From assembly GCA_049999805.1 (NCBI GenBank), contig JBNGIO010006036.1, positions 33,928-67,689 on the forward strand: a stretch of 33,762 nt of DNA. The letters are read 5' to 3'. Under the pieces are notes generated by a model. The model was not told where the DNA came from and ran no database searches. It saw only the letters and a list, made by a program, of their open reading frames with translations. Below are positions 24,263 to 33,762 of the stretch, one piece after another; positions within the stretch are counted from its first letter, which is position 1, and each line of letters opens with the position of its first letter. The position numbers and the translations under genes were made by a program. Source of the DNA: Folioceros fuciformis (lineage: Eukaryota).

Positions 24263-25208
24263 CATCATAAGCCACCTAATTGTATTTAAATCCATAGCTT
24301 GTCCGAGTTTTTTATTCCTAATCTCAAATGTTATGCCTTCCACTTCAGTAGTATTTGTACCAAAACCCATCGCCCTCTCTCTCTCCATGAGAGATGGTAT
24401 ATCCCACACATTCCTCTTCGTATCGAATATCATTCCAGGTCCATCCCCCTTAAATGCATTGGCACCTTCAAAACTAACAAATGTCGGTAATGCCTCCTAA
24501 GCTCACCCTTTTTATTTACACAATAAAAGGGTTGTCTCTCATCTGAAGTCACCTGCTTACTCACTCGTCCCTCATTCAATATCTTATCAACTATGAAATC
24601 ATCATTCCTACGCCATTGACTCACATGCATATGCAACAAATGCTTAGGCATCATGTTATTCCAAAAACAGCGATGCCTATGAGCCCTAGATCCAAACTAC
24701 ACTGCATCCAACTTTATAGGCTCACCCAAAAAATAATTGATCTCCTCAAAATCTCGCCTCAATGCCATTCTTCTGTCCATTTGTGAATCTACATTCTCAA
24801 TAAAAAAAAACCACATTCTTTCCTCTGATGTTTTTGCACCAAATTCAAAATCCTAATTAGCTCATAAAATAACACCGACCTACAATCCAACAAGCCTTTT
24901 CCCTTGCCTGCCATTGAATGCCCTTGACATTCCCAACCAGCTATTATTAGATTAATTTCTTCCTCCACTCGAAATTGTATCAATCCAATAAGCCTAACAT
25001 CTTGCGACCAAGCAAAAAACGCTTGCTTCATAGCTTCAACCTTTAATTGTTCAGGATACTTTTTACATAATTTAAACACCCTTGCCTTCGCAATTGCTTG
25101 ACAAACTTCATCTGGGTCACAATAAATGTAACGTCTAACTACATACCCAGCGGCCAACACAGCCTCTAGGCCAGATGCAATCCCAGCAAACAATTCAACC
25201 ACAACCAA
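24263..25208 (-). pseudogene. DNMT3-like C5 cytosine-specific DNA methyltransferase catalytic domain embedded in gypsy pol
   Basis: Motifs in canonical order: I VVVELFAGIASG, II YIYCD, III QDVR, IV IIAGWECQGHS (Cys codon 24929-24927), V RSVLFYELIRIL, VI FIENV (24798-24790, after a slip in the A9 run at 24802-24810), VIII AHRHRCFWNN, IX ERERAMGF, X RNKKLGQAMD. One stop (24699-24697) and two frameshifts. Confidence 0.92.
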
Positions 25209-25539
25209 TCCATACTCAGACGAACTCAATGTCACAAGTTTATTACACACAGGTTCAAGTTTACAAACTGCTTCCTTTGTATAAGCTTGAATTTTATCAT
25301 CTAGCTGAAACTCAATCTGCCGCTTTTCAAGTTCTCTAAGTTCAATTTTAGCTAATGCTCTACCAACATTCTCTCATTGCAACTTCTTCCACTCTGTTAT
25401 GACTATATTCTTTTAAACATAACTTATCCATATGACGCTCCACCCACAATTTATCATCTTCTTCCTCCTGTTCATCCCAAGAAGTTGCCATGTTTACCAC
25501 ACACGCATCTTGCATGTCCTCCTGTAATTGCAACTTAAG

Positions 25540-26000
25540 TGGAATTGTTGCTACTCTTATTCCTTCACCTTGTCGCCACCCTGGACGATAGTAAAACTCC
25601 TCTGTTCATAAGTCCACCCCTGCTTCATGCATGAACAAAGCCTCTGTTCCCAAAATAACATCAAAATTTCCAAATTTGACAATCAAATATTTCATATCAA
25701 TCACTGTCTCTTCTTATGTCCCAGGCTTAAAACATAACTGCAATTTCTCCTTAGTCTCTCCCATCACTGCCTCCAAACCTTCATTGGCCATCCTTATCTT
25801 CCATCTTATCTCTTGTATATCTCCCTTTCTCAGTCCCATAGCATACGCTATGTTGAAATGAATCAATGTAGGTTGCGCCCCCGAATCTATTAATACCTTC
25901 TCCAGCGCAAAACCTTCTATCAAAAATTCACACCCACCATTGTTCAGAAATGCAATTCCTGGTCTAACTTTTGTTCTGTCGCCATCATTTCGCATATTGC
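25540..26000 (-). pseudogene. gypsy aspartic protease
   Basis: KVLIDSGAQPTLI...IRMANEG...FDVILGTEAL...EFYYRPGWR, with two in-frame stops. Confidence 0.85.
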
Positions 26001-26165
26001 TATTGAAACAAAGTGAAATTGTCTTGTTTAACTTTCCATCCACTCTACTATCACGTCCTATAAAAGTTCTCGAATTTTTGACTCGTTCACCCCCACTTTG
26101 ACGCCCAATTCTAACACACTTCAAATACAACCAATCACATCACTCTGAGACACCTGCATTCTCTT

Positions 26166-26395
26166 ACTCACTCGTCTTGCAAGGGAGAATACTTATGGAC
26201 TTTGGCACTTGCACAACCCTCTGCTGTCCAACCAGGGGGGTTGATGATGACGTGCTCACAAATCGAATTCCTAGTGGGATCCGTAACAACCACATCAACA
26301 ACACAAACATGTTCTCCCCTAGTGAAGAAAAGGTCGGCTCTAAGTGAAACCCCATTGCGCAAAGTATATGGACGCTCCCTATACGGAAGAAACCC
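26166..26395 (-). pseudogene. Fragment of a restriction-like endonuclease (RLE) of a CRE/R2-type non-LTR retrotransposon
   Basis: GFLPYRERPYTLRNGVSLRADLFFTRGEHVCVVDVVVTDP...PGWTAEGCASAKVHKY fits the E...RxD...DVxVxxP...KxxKY pattern. Out of frame with the flanking gag. Confidence 0.65.
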
Positions 26396-27500
26396 ACATC
26401 TTCATCCAAATTGCAAATATACTTAAAACAAACTTCCGTCTCATTGTGCATCCCTATATCTATCACCAGCTGGCTAGTCCGATTGTAAAACATAAGTGCT
26501 GTCTCATCAGGCTTCCTCTTCAAATTTGCCAACTCATCTTCATGGCATTAACAGACGGAAACCTCATCTCCAATCAAATGAAAAATTCCTTCACTGGCTC
26601 AGCATGTTTACTGGTCACCACCAAATCCATGAAACTTCTCAAGTAAAACTTGTAAGCATCTCCACACAACAAGTTCCCTAACAGAGTAAATTCATATATG
26701 GGATCTAATTCAACGTCCTCACCTCCACACACCTGTAACTTAATCATATAAAACATGCACATTAATTGGTTAATGGACACCGATGACTTGGGATGCCCGA
26801 AATACTTCTCACTCTTTGCAGGTAGTACCACTCCCCCTCTGCCTTTCCTTTCCAACCCAAAAGTTTTTTTAGTCGACAAGTTTAACATTTGATTGTTTGT
26901 TCTTCTCACCAACTTTCCCACATCATTCACTTCTCCCGGCTATCCTTGCACTTCCATAGGCTCCACAGTCCGATTCTGTACGTCCATGACAAGTTCTTTA
27001 TCTATAATCACAAACCCTCTTTCCTTACACACATGCCTCTACTCTTCGTCCGACAGTTGTAACCTTTCTTCCCTTGCTTCTACCCCTACAGATATTTTGT
27101 GTCTTTTATCAATGTCCCCGTTAAGATCTACGTTTCCACCTTCTCCCTCTATCTCTCTACCTAAAACACTCGCCCTATGTGAATTTCCTCCTTCCTCATC
27201 CAACGCACTGCCTGGAATATCACTCCCCCCAGACTCTTAGTGTTTCCTCCTTCCTCATCCAATGCACTGCCTGGAATATCACTCCCCCTAGACTCTTAGT
27301 GTTTCCTCCTTTACCCTTCATCTTTGACTGCTCAGCCTTTTTCTTAAATCCTCTGTCTGAACTCTTATCTTCCATCAGTCTCTTTTCACCTCTCCCAACT
27401 TTTACACTGTCTGCCTCACTTCTCGACCTAGGCAGCACATCAGCTTGATTAACACTTGCCCGCATCACTCTGACACCTTTGATCACAAGTCTCTTCATGT
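26396..27500 (-). pseudogene. gypsy gag remnant
   Basis: LPAKSEKYFG...LLCGDAYKFY...LEMRFP / LKRKPDETALMFYNR...FKYICNLDEDV resembles a retrotransposon gag capsid region, directly upstream of PR. Start approximate. Confidence 0.65.
27184..27301. repeat. 59-bp tandem duplication
   Basis: 27184-27242 and 27243-27301 differ at two C/T positions. The duplication shifts the gag-region frame. Confidence 0.9.
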
Positions 27501-27787
27501 TAAAAGCTAAGCACCAGCTCAAATGAAAATTGTCACGCCAAAGTCTAATAACTTTTACAACTAATCAAGTCTTACACTGGTTTATATCCAAACCAACATG
27601 GATACAGTGTGGAATACTAGCTCAAAAATTGGACGCCTGGTGGCATTCCACACTAAGTTCACTTCTCCCTCTTTTCTTTCTTAGCACGCCACTAAACTTT
27701 TCACATCTGAAAAATGTCTCCCAAGCACTATCAAATCATCACAGAATGCTTCAAGCTGACTCCAACTACTTGGTGGTGAACACCCTA

Positions 27788-30091
27788 TTATGAGGCGCCG
27801 CAAACTTTGCTGTCTTCTTTCCTTTTGCTCTTCTTCCTTCTTACAAAGCTCTCGATCCTCTTCGAAGTTCGCTCACCCAACTCATTTTCGTCTTCTGCTT
27901 TCTCCAAACTGCTCTTCTTTAGTTCAATCCCCTCACCATATTGAGTTCCTCCTGCACAACTTTTGCCATTCTTACAACAACAAAGACTCACCAACTATCT
28001 CTACACACCAAATGGCAAGTTCCATTTATCATTTCCAAACAAAAAAACTTGTACACACATGCAAAACTTTAACCCTGTCTTACTACTGAACTGCCTCTAT
28101 GTCGCAGAACCTCCCTCACTGCTACTACTAATCGATTTCACACTAACATTCTTCTCTGCAACTTCTGATGCAAACTTCTCTAGCTTAAGTCTTTTGGACC
28201 TTCTCACAGGAAGGTCTCCAGTCACCGCACCCTCGCCAACCTTCCATCTGGCGTAGCCCCTTCGATATGCTCTTCCTCTCCCAGCCTGGTAGCTTGAGCT
28301 CCTCCTAGGCGGGTCCCTCTCAAGGTAGTCCTCAACTCGTCTAGGCCCCTCCGAAACCTTTCGTTTGTTCCCCACTCTGCTCTTCACATGTGGCGACTCG
28401 TTCTTCTTGAGTTGCTGGTATTGTCTCATTATAACCTCGTAGGCAACATCTAGTTGTCTACCTTTGAGGGTGCTGAAGATGGAGGTTGCCCCACCTTCCG
28501 ACAGTAACTCTGTGGAGATAATCTCCTCGAGCTGACGTTTTTTTCTCCACTTCTCTCGCTTGCAAGTCCTTCAGCAGCGTTGCAAGCTTGACTCTTTCTG
28601 CAGTTTGCTCAACAATCTCTGCCGAGAGCTCCTCCACCTCTCGTTTTGTCTCCTCTCGTAGCCTTCGCAGCTACTCCGTAGAAAATCTATGTGTCTGCAG
28701 CAAATTCCACTGAGGTGGCAACGAATTCTGATCACCGCCACAAAATTCCTCCTCTGCTCCCACGTTCGCGTCTTGCGCTGCTTNNNNNNNNNNNNNNNNN
28801 NNNNNNNNNNNNNNNNNNNNNNNNNNNNNNNNNNNNNNNNNNNNNNNNNNNNNNNNNNNNNNNNNNNNNNNNNNNNNNNNNNNCACCTCTTGCGACGAAG
28901 AACTATATTCCAGCAACCGTCTTTGCCTCGACCTTGGTAGCGCTGCTAGCGAAACCTCTTCGTGCACCACCTCGGTATCTGGAGCCGCGGGTGTAACTGC
29001 CGGGAGTGTAAGCTTTGCTGGCGACTCGGGTTCTTCTTCCATCGCGCACGCCACCACAGAACCTCCCGTTAACAGCCCACCATCTTCCTCAGTCGTCGGT
29101 GCTGCTGCTGGCACTTTCTTCAAGAATTCACCTCCCACTCCTGTTGCCGCAACTGATGCAAAATTCTCTGGCACTGCGCCTTCCTCACCTGCTGTCAGCA
29201 CCACAGTGAGGTTCCTTCCTGACTGTGCATCTCTCTCAGCTACTACCGACATTGCCGAAGAATCCTTTCCTACAAAAACATCTCCCTTCGACGTGCGTTC
29301 CTTGCCTGCTGAAACGTCCTCCTTCAACAACCCACTCTCCTTAGGCGTATCTTCCCTGCAGGCTAACAACGTTGTCACAAAATTCTCCTGTGATGTCGCA
29401 GTCTCCTTCTCCTTTGTCAGCACTACTGGGGAACCCTCTCTCGGCAGTCCGCCTCCGACCCCTCCTGCCAACGTTGTCGGAAGAGTTCCTCCCAAAAACC
29501 CACCTTCCTCTCCTACTCCGCGTGCTTCTGGCACATCACCTTGTAGCAGCCCGTTCTCCTCTCTAAACTCCCACACGCCCTCCCCGTTTCTTGGCAGCAC
29601 TGCGGCTTGTTCAACCTCCTGAATTGTAGGCGGAGCGCTTCTTGCAGACTTAGCCTCACCTTCTTGCTTGCATGTGGTCCTTGGCAGCTCCTTTGACAAA
29701 GCCTCACCACAATTATACTGCGCCTCTTTCTCTTGCTCGTGATCCATCAAAACGATGACATCCGCTTCTCCAAACTTCTCTGTGCCAGCTTTTCCCTCTC
29801 CTAGCTACACTGAGCTACAACCGGACTACCCGTCACCGCAGGCAATACAGATGGTCCGCATACGTTTGTCACCGCATCTCTCATCCTTTCCAACCTAGGG
29901 CTTAGGTCGCACCTGAGCCTTTCCAATTCCGCCTTTTGCTCTTCAAGCTGCCGGAGAAGCTGAGCCTTTGTGACTCTGCCCGCAATCGCTGCTCTGGAGC
30001 GACCTTTTGCCTGTTTTCTACTGCGCGCCCTAGAAACTCCCGAAACCCTTGCAGACTCCTTCCCCTTGCCCGCCATAGCCGCGTCTTCCAT
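27788..30091 (-). pseudogene. Extra ORF of unknown function upstream of gag
   Basis: Consecutive minus-strand ORF pieces (30091-29801, 29750-28671, 28429-28097, 27994-27788) separated by stops and frameshifts. They include coiled-coil-like, Glu/Ala/Gly-rich and basic segments. Confidence 0.55.
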
Positions 30092-30609
30092 TGCCTTGCT
30101 CTCTTCGCAAAGTTCTCCACATGCTCAGTCTCGCTACCTCACGCTCCATCGTCTTAAATTCCCTCTCCAATACCACAGCACAAACCCCCTCTCTCTTCAT
30201 CTTTCAACAAGATGAAAGAAAACTATGCTCATACCCAACTTGACACATCCTAACCTTAGCAACCTCCACCCCAAACAGAACTTTTCAGCAACGCTTGCTT
30301 CACTAACACTCTTGCAATCTCTCTAACCTACTCACTGCCTAGCCTTTCCCCTCAATCACATTCTCAAATTCCCCAAGCATCCTTCAAACGTCAACAAGGC
30401 CATCCATTCAATCACAAAACTAACAAGATAACATGAACAACACTTTGCAACACCGCCACGACACTCTCACCTAGCCACTCTTTTCTTAAGTGAAACTCTT
30501 TGTTCTCAAAACATGAGAAACCCGTGCACATGCTCAACTTCCAACATTCAAGAGTCAAACATTCTTTTGATAGTGACAAGTTTAAAGATATCAGTCTGAT
30601 GATGCTCCG

Positions 30610-31077
30610 TGTCATGCCATTGCAACGCTTTCCTATTCTCTAACGTGTGCAAACGCTGATTGACAACACAGAACCTTTGATTCAATTGTTCAGTCTGCTA
30701 CAAGCTTCTTGGTTACAATTGCTCATTGCAAAAACACTAAGTGCATCACCGCTCATCAAGCTTTCTAAGCGAACTATCAAAAGAATATTCGATCATTCTT
30801 TCTCCATCACTATATACCTACAACATACCGTGCTAACCACCTGAATGGTCATTTCCAAACCGTTATCAACTGTCTACAAAGTTAACCATCAAAAACCCTA
30901 CTCTTCAACCATTCCTTCGCGAGAACTTTTGCTTGCGAACTGTCTCTTTAGTCAAAACGTAAGGGATTTACCCTTTATGCTAGCGTATTTGTCCCAAGCA
31001 AACAGCTTTCGCAGTTGCGACCTGCACAAAAAGTTCTCACAAATGCAAAACTCTATCAGACTTTCTAAGTCATGACA
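30610..31077 (-). repeat. Probable 5' LTR of the DNMT-gypsy (468 bp)
   Basis: Bounded by perfect 7-bp inverted ends TGTCATG...CATGACA, with TATATAG on the minus strand at about 30810-30816 and an abrupt switch to another element at 31078. No second copy and no clear PBS found. Confidence 0.55.
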
Positions 31078-31926
31078 TGTGGTGCTAACACCAATTTTAT
31101 GGCCAGAGGTTTTGCCCAACGATGGGGATTGGATATCGAGCGGGGTTGTGGAGCAGTACACCTAGTAGACGGGTGTATGCAACATCGGGCGACATTGAGT
31201 CATGTAGTTAGTTTACGGATAGGGGTTCACTATGAGCAAATTTATTTTACCATTACAGACTTAGGATATGGTCATGACCTGATTCTAGGGATGCCATGGC
31301 TCGAGGATTGGGAACCCACCATAGCTTGGCGTGGGAGGGAGCTCACCCTCCTAGTCCATGGTCGACACTTAGTTATCCAAGGTGGACGGCCTTAGGAACC
31401 TCAAAATCAGGGTTCGGCTGTAGAGGTGGCTTGTGATCCTAGGTGCCAGGCTACACCTTCCTCTTTGAGTGTTATTAAAGAGCAACTTTGCCCAACGCAA
31501 CCCGATCAATTACAGGCACCTGAACATGATAAGCCCTTGCAAGAATTATTAACCGAGTTTGACAATGTTCTAATTAACAGGTTGCCGACAAGGTTACCCC
31601 CATCCCATGATGTTGATCATTGAATTGAGCTTCTACTAGGTATTCATAAGCCCCCGTATCGTCTTGTGTATCGGATGTCCCCACTAGAGATAGAAGAGTC
31701 GGCTCGCCAGGTTGAGGAGTTGGTGAAAAGGGGCTATATATGACCATCCACCTCCCCCTATGGGGCGCCTATTCTGTTCTCACGGAAGAAAAACGGTAAG
31801 CTTCGTATGTGTATTGATAACCAAGGCCTTAATTCGGTAACTAAGTGAAATATGTTTCCTTTACCCCGCATTGATGAGCTTTTGGAGGGACTAATTGGTG
31901 CCCGATATTTCACCAAGTTGGATATG
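31078..31926 (+). pseudogene. Chromovirus-like Ty3/gypsy protease-RT remnant
   Basis: CGANTNFM...[63 protein letters not shown]...YFTKLD. Cut on both sides by LTR insertions. Confidence 0.88.
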
Positions 31927-33762
31927 TGTGGAGGCAAAACCCCGGGCACCGATCGCCAACGGGTTCCACCTTTAGTGGCCACACTTATCCCACTGTCGTT
32001 GAGACATTGGGTTTCGTTCCCACGAAGGAGCGATGGGGTTCCTTGCTGCTGTGGAGGGAGGGTCGGACTTGATCGACTCGATGACGGATTCGAGGGCTCC
32101 CCTCCAGCTCCGATCAGGCGTAGGACAGGCCTCGCTGTCCGGCGGTCAGCTGCACCTCTCTCGGTGCCCACAAACTCACTCCAGTCACTACAACGACTCT
32201 AACCTCTCAGATCTACGTCTTCCCTCACACACCTCACTCACTCTCTCACTCTAGCACCAACACCAGCAACTACCAGCAACCAGCAACGACACCACTACCT
32301 TCTACACTTCCCTACGGACTCCTCCTACCCGGCAAGAGTCACTAGACTAACCCCAAACAAAAGGAAGAAGGGAACACACTCCCCTCTTGGGTATCTCCTC
32401 CCCACAACCTTACCAGACGCCATGAGACATGGTCGGCCTACAGCACTTGACCAAGCAAGGAACAAGAGTGGACAGGTTGAGAGAAAGACACACCCTTTAC
32501 AATCAAGAGCTAGGGGCAAGCCCCTACACCCTGGTCATTACACCTTGTGATCCTACCAGACACTATACAACCGGCAACACGCTGCCCGCGATCCTACCAG
32601 ACACTGTACAGCCGGCAACACGCTGCCTGCGATCCTACCAGACACTGTACAGCCGGCAACACACGGCTTGCGATCCTACCAGACGTTGCACAGCCGTCAA
32701 CACACTGCAGGTCCTAGACCAAGCAGGGACAGACCACAAGAGCTCAAGAAGAGAGGACCTCCAAGAGCTCACAAAGAGATAGACTGACTCCCAAAAGTGA
32801 ATGACTCCCTCCTCCTACAGGCTCACCTGATCTTATAGGAGCCTCTCTCTCTCTCTGACTTCACCTCTCTCTAACTTGAGAAATATTATTTTAATAGCCT
32901 AGTCGGCTGTCACCAGCCACTTATTTAGACTTCTAGCACAACCTGCCACCAATGAGCTTCTGGCCCTACTACCACAAGGATCTACCACCTCTTAGACTAT
33001 CCACAGACTTCGGAGGATGTCTGATCTTCAAAGATCTGCGGACGCCGCCTCTTCCTTGCTGGATGGTCGCCCGCTAAGTCTTCCCCTGCAACTGTTCACC
33101 CTTGGTGGTTGAGCCAGCCTCTAGGGAAGGAGCATGAGCAATGGGAAAGATAGAGAAGAGGTGGGAAGGAGTGGGATCAGCAGCCGGAACCTGGCCTGAA
33201 AACGGTAGCTTATTCAGCGGGATCAGCTCCCAGCTGAAATGGTTCCTCGGCCATGGAAGACTGACCCTAGGGTGCTGGGGAAGGCCCTGAACTAAGGGGA
33301 AAAGAAAGCAGGTGAAACGGAGTTGAAATGGAATTTCTGGAATTAAATCCAGAAAATAGGGAAGAAAATAGGAAAGGGGAAATTAGGAAAATAAAAAGAA
33401 AAGGAATACGGGGGTACCTATACGGTATATGTATCAGTACGTATTAAATACGTATCTAAACCGTATAAAATACAAGGGGGTATACGTATACGGACCGTAT
33501 ACGGTCTCTAAAACAAAACTCCTTACTTGGAGAGGGAGGGAGCGGGAGCGGGATCGGGATGGCGAAGGAGCGGGCAAGGGAGCGGGAGGAAATCAGCCAA
33601 CCATGGGGGGGGAAGACGGGCAGAATGGAGCACGGGAGCGTGCGGGGCGGTCAGATCCGGCGCCGCGGTGGCTGGGGAAGTCGGCGTGCCGCCGCAGCTA
33701 GGAAGATTGGTCAGTAGCGGGGTAGGATGGGCAGGAGGCGGAGGTAGAGATGGATAGCAGCG
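31927..33762 (-). mobile_element. LTR related to family X (3' end at 31927), running off the window
   Basis: 31927-32350 aligns to the reverse complement of 20094 down to about 19690. TATAAG on the minus strand at about 32832-32837. Similarity fades beyond about 33100, so the right part is less certain. Confidence 0.75.
32549..32712. repeat. 41-bp tandem array, 4 copies
   Basis: GATCCTACCAGACACTGTACAGCCGGCAACACGCTGCCTGC-like units start at 32549, 32590, 32631 and 32672. Confidence 0.92.

Larger units (their letters stand above)
21444..31077 (-). mobile_element. Ty3/gypsy LTR retrotransposon carrying a DNA cytosine methyltransferase (degenerate, 3'-truncated)
   Basis: Co-oriented order: LTR, extra ORF, gag, PR, DNMT, RT, RNase H, IN. 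No 3' LTR in place; the integrase is cut just after IA*HRDEL. Confidence 0.88.

Noticed and set aside
24802-24810. Programmed ribosomal frameshift at the T9 run before motif VI
   Set aside because: The same domain has another frameshift and a stop, so homopolymer slippage or sequencing error is simpler.
24263-25208. Host DNMT gene or bacterial restriction-modification contaminant
   Set aside because: It is intronless, embedded between PR and RT, in frame with RT, repeated in a second retroelement copy, and decayed like its flanks.
30610-31077. Independent solo LTR or MITE
   Set aside because: Flanks CTCCG and TGTGG are not a TSD and the two sides belong to different elements. Better explained as the 5' LTR of the DNMT-gypsy.
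32549-32712. CRISPR-like array
   Set aside because: Units are contiguous tandem copies with no unique spacers, there are no cas genes, and the context is a plant LTR.

Overview
Eukaryotic plant genomic DNA, probably from a non-seed land plant such as a fern or lycophyte (inferred from the gene and TE types). It holds one intact host gene, a 7-coding-exon epsilon-type 14-3-3 on the minus strand (4800-2882). Almost everything else is nested, decayed transposons: hAT-like and CACTA transposase remnants, four Ty1/copia remnants (two are sister copies fused in inverted orientation), three insertions of one long-LTR family, and several Ty3/gypsy remnants. The standout is a minus-strand Ty3/gypsy element (about 21444-31077) whose pol carries a complete DNMT3-like C5 cytosine methyltransferase domain between protease and reverse transcriptase. 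A second, diverged DNMT-RT fragment sits next to it, and a gypsy integrase tail ending in a PHD finger sits at the window start. All TE copies here are pseudogenised. There are three 100-N assembly gaps. All motif calls were made by eye; no database searches were run.
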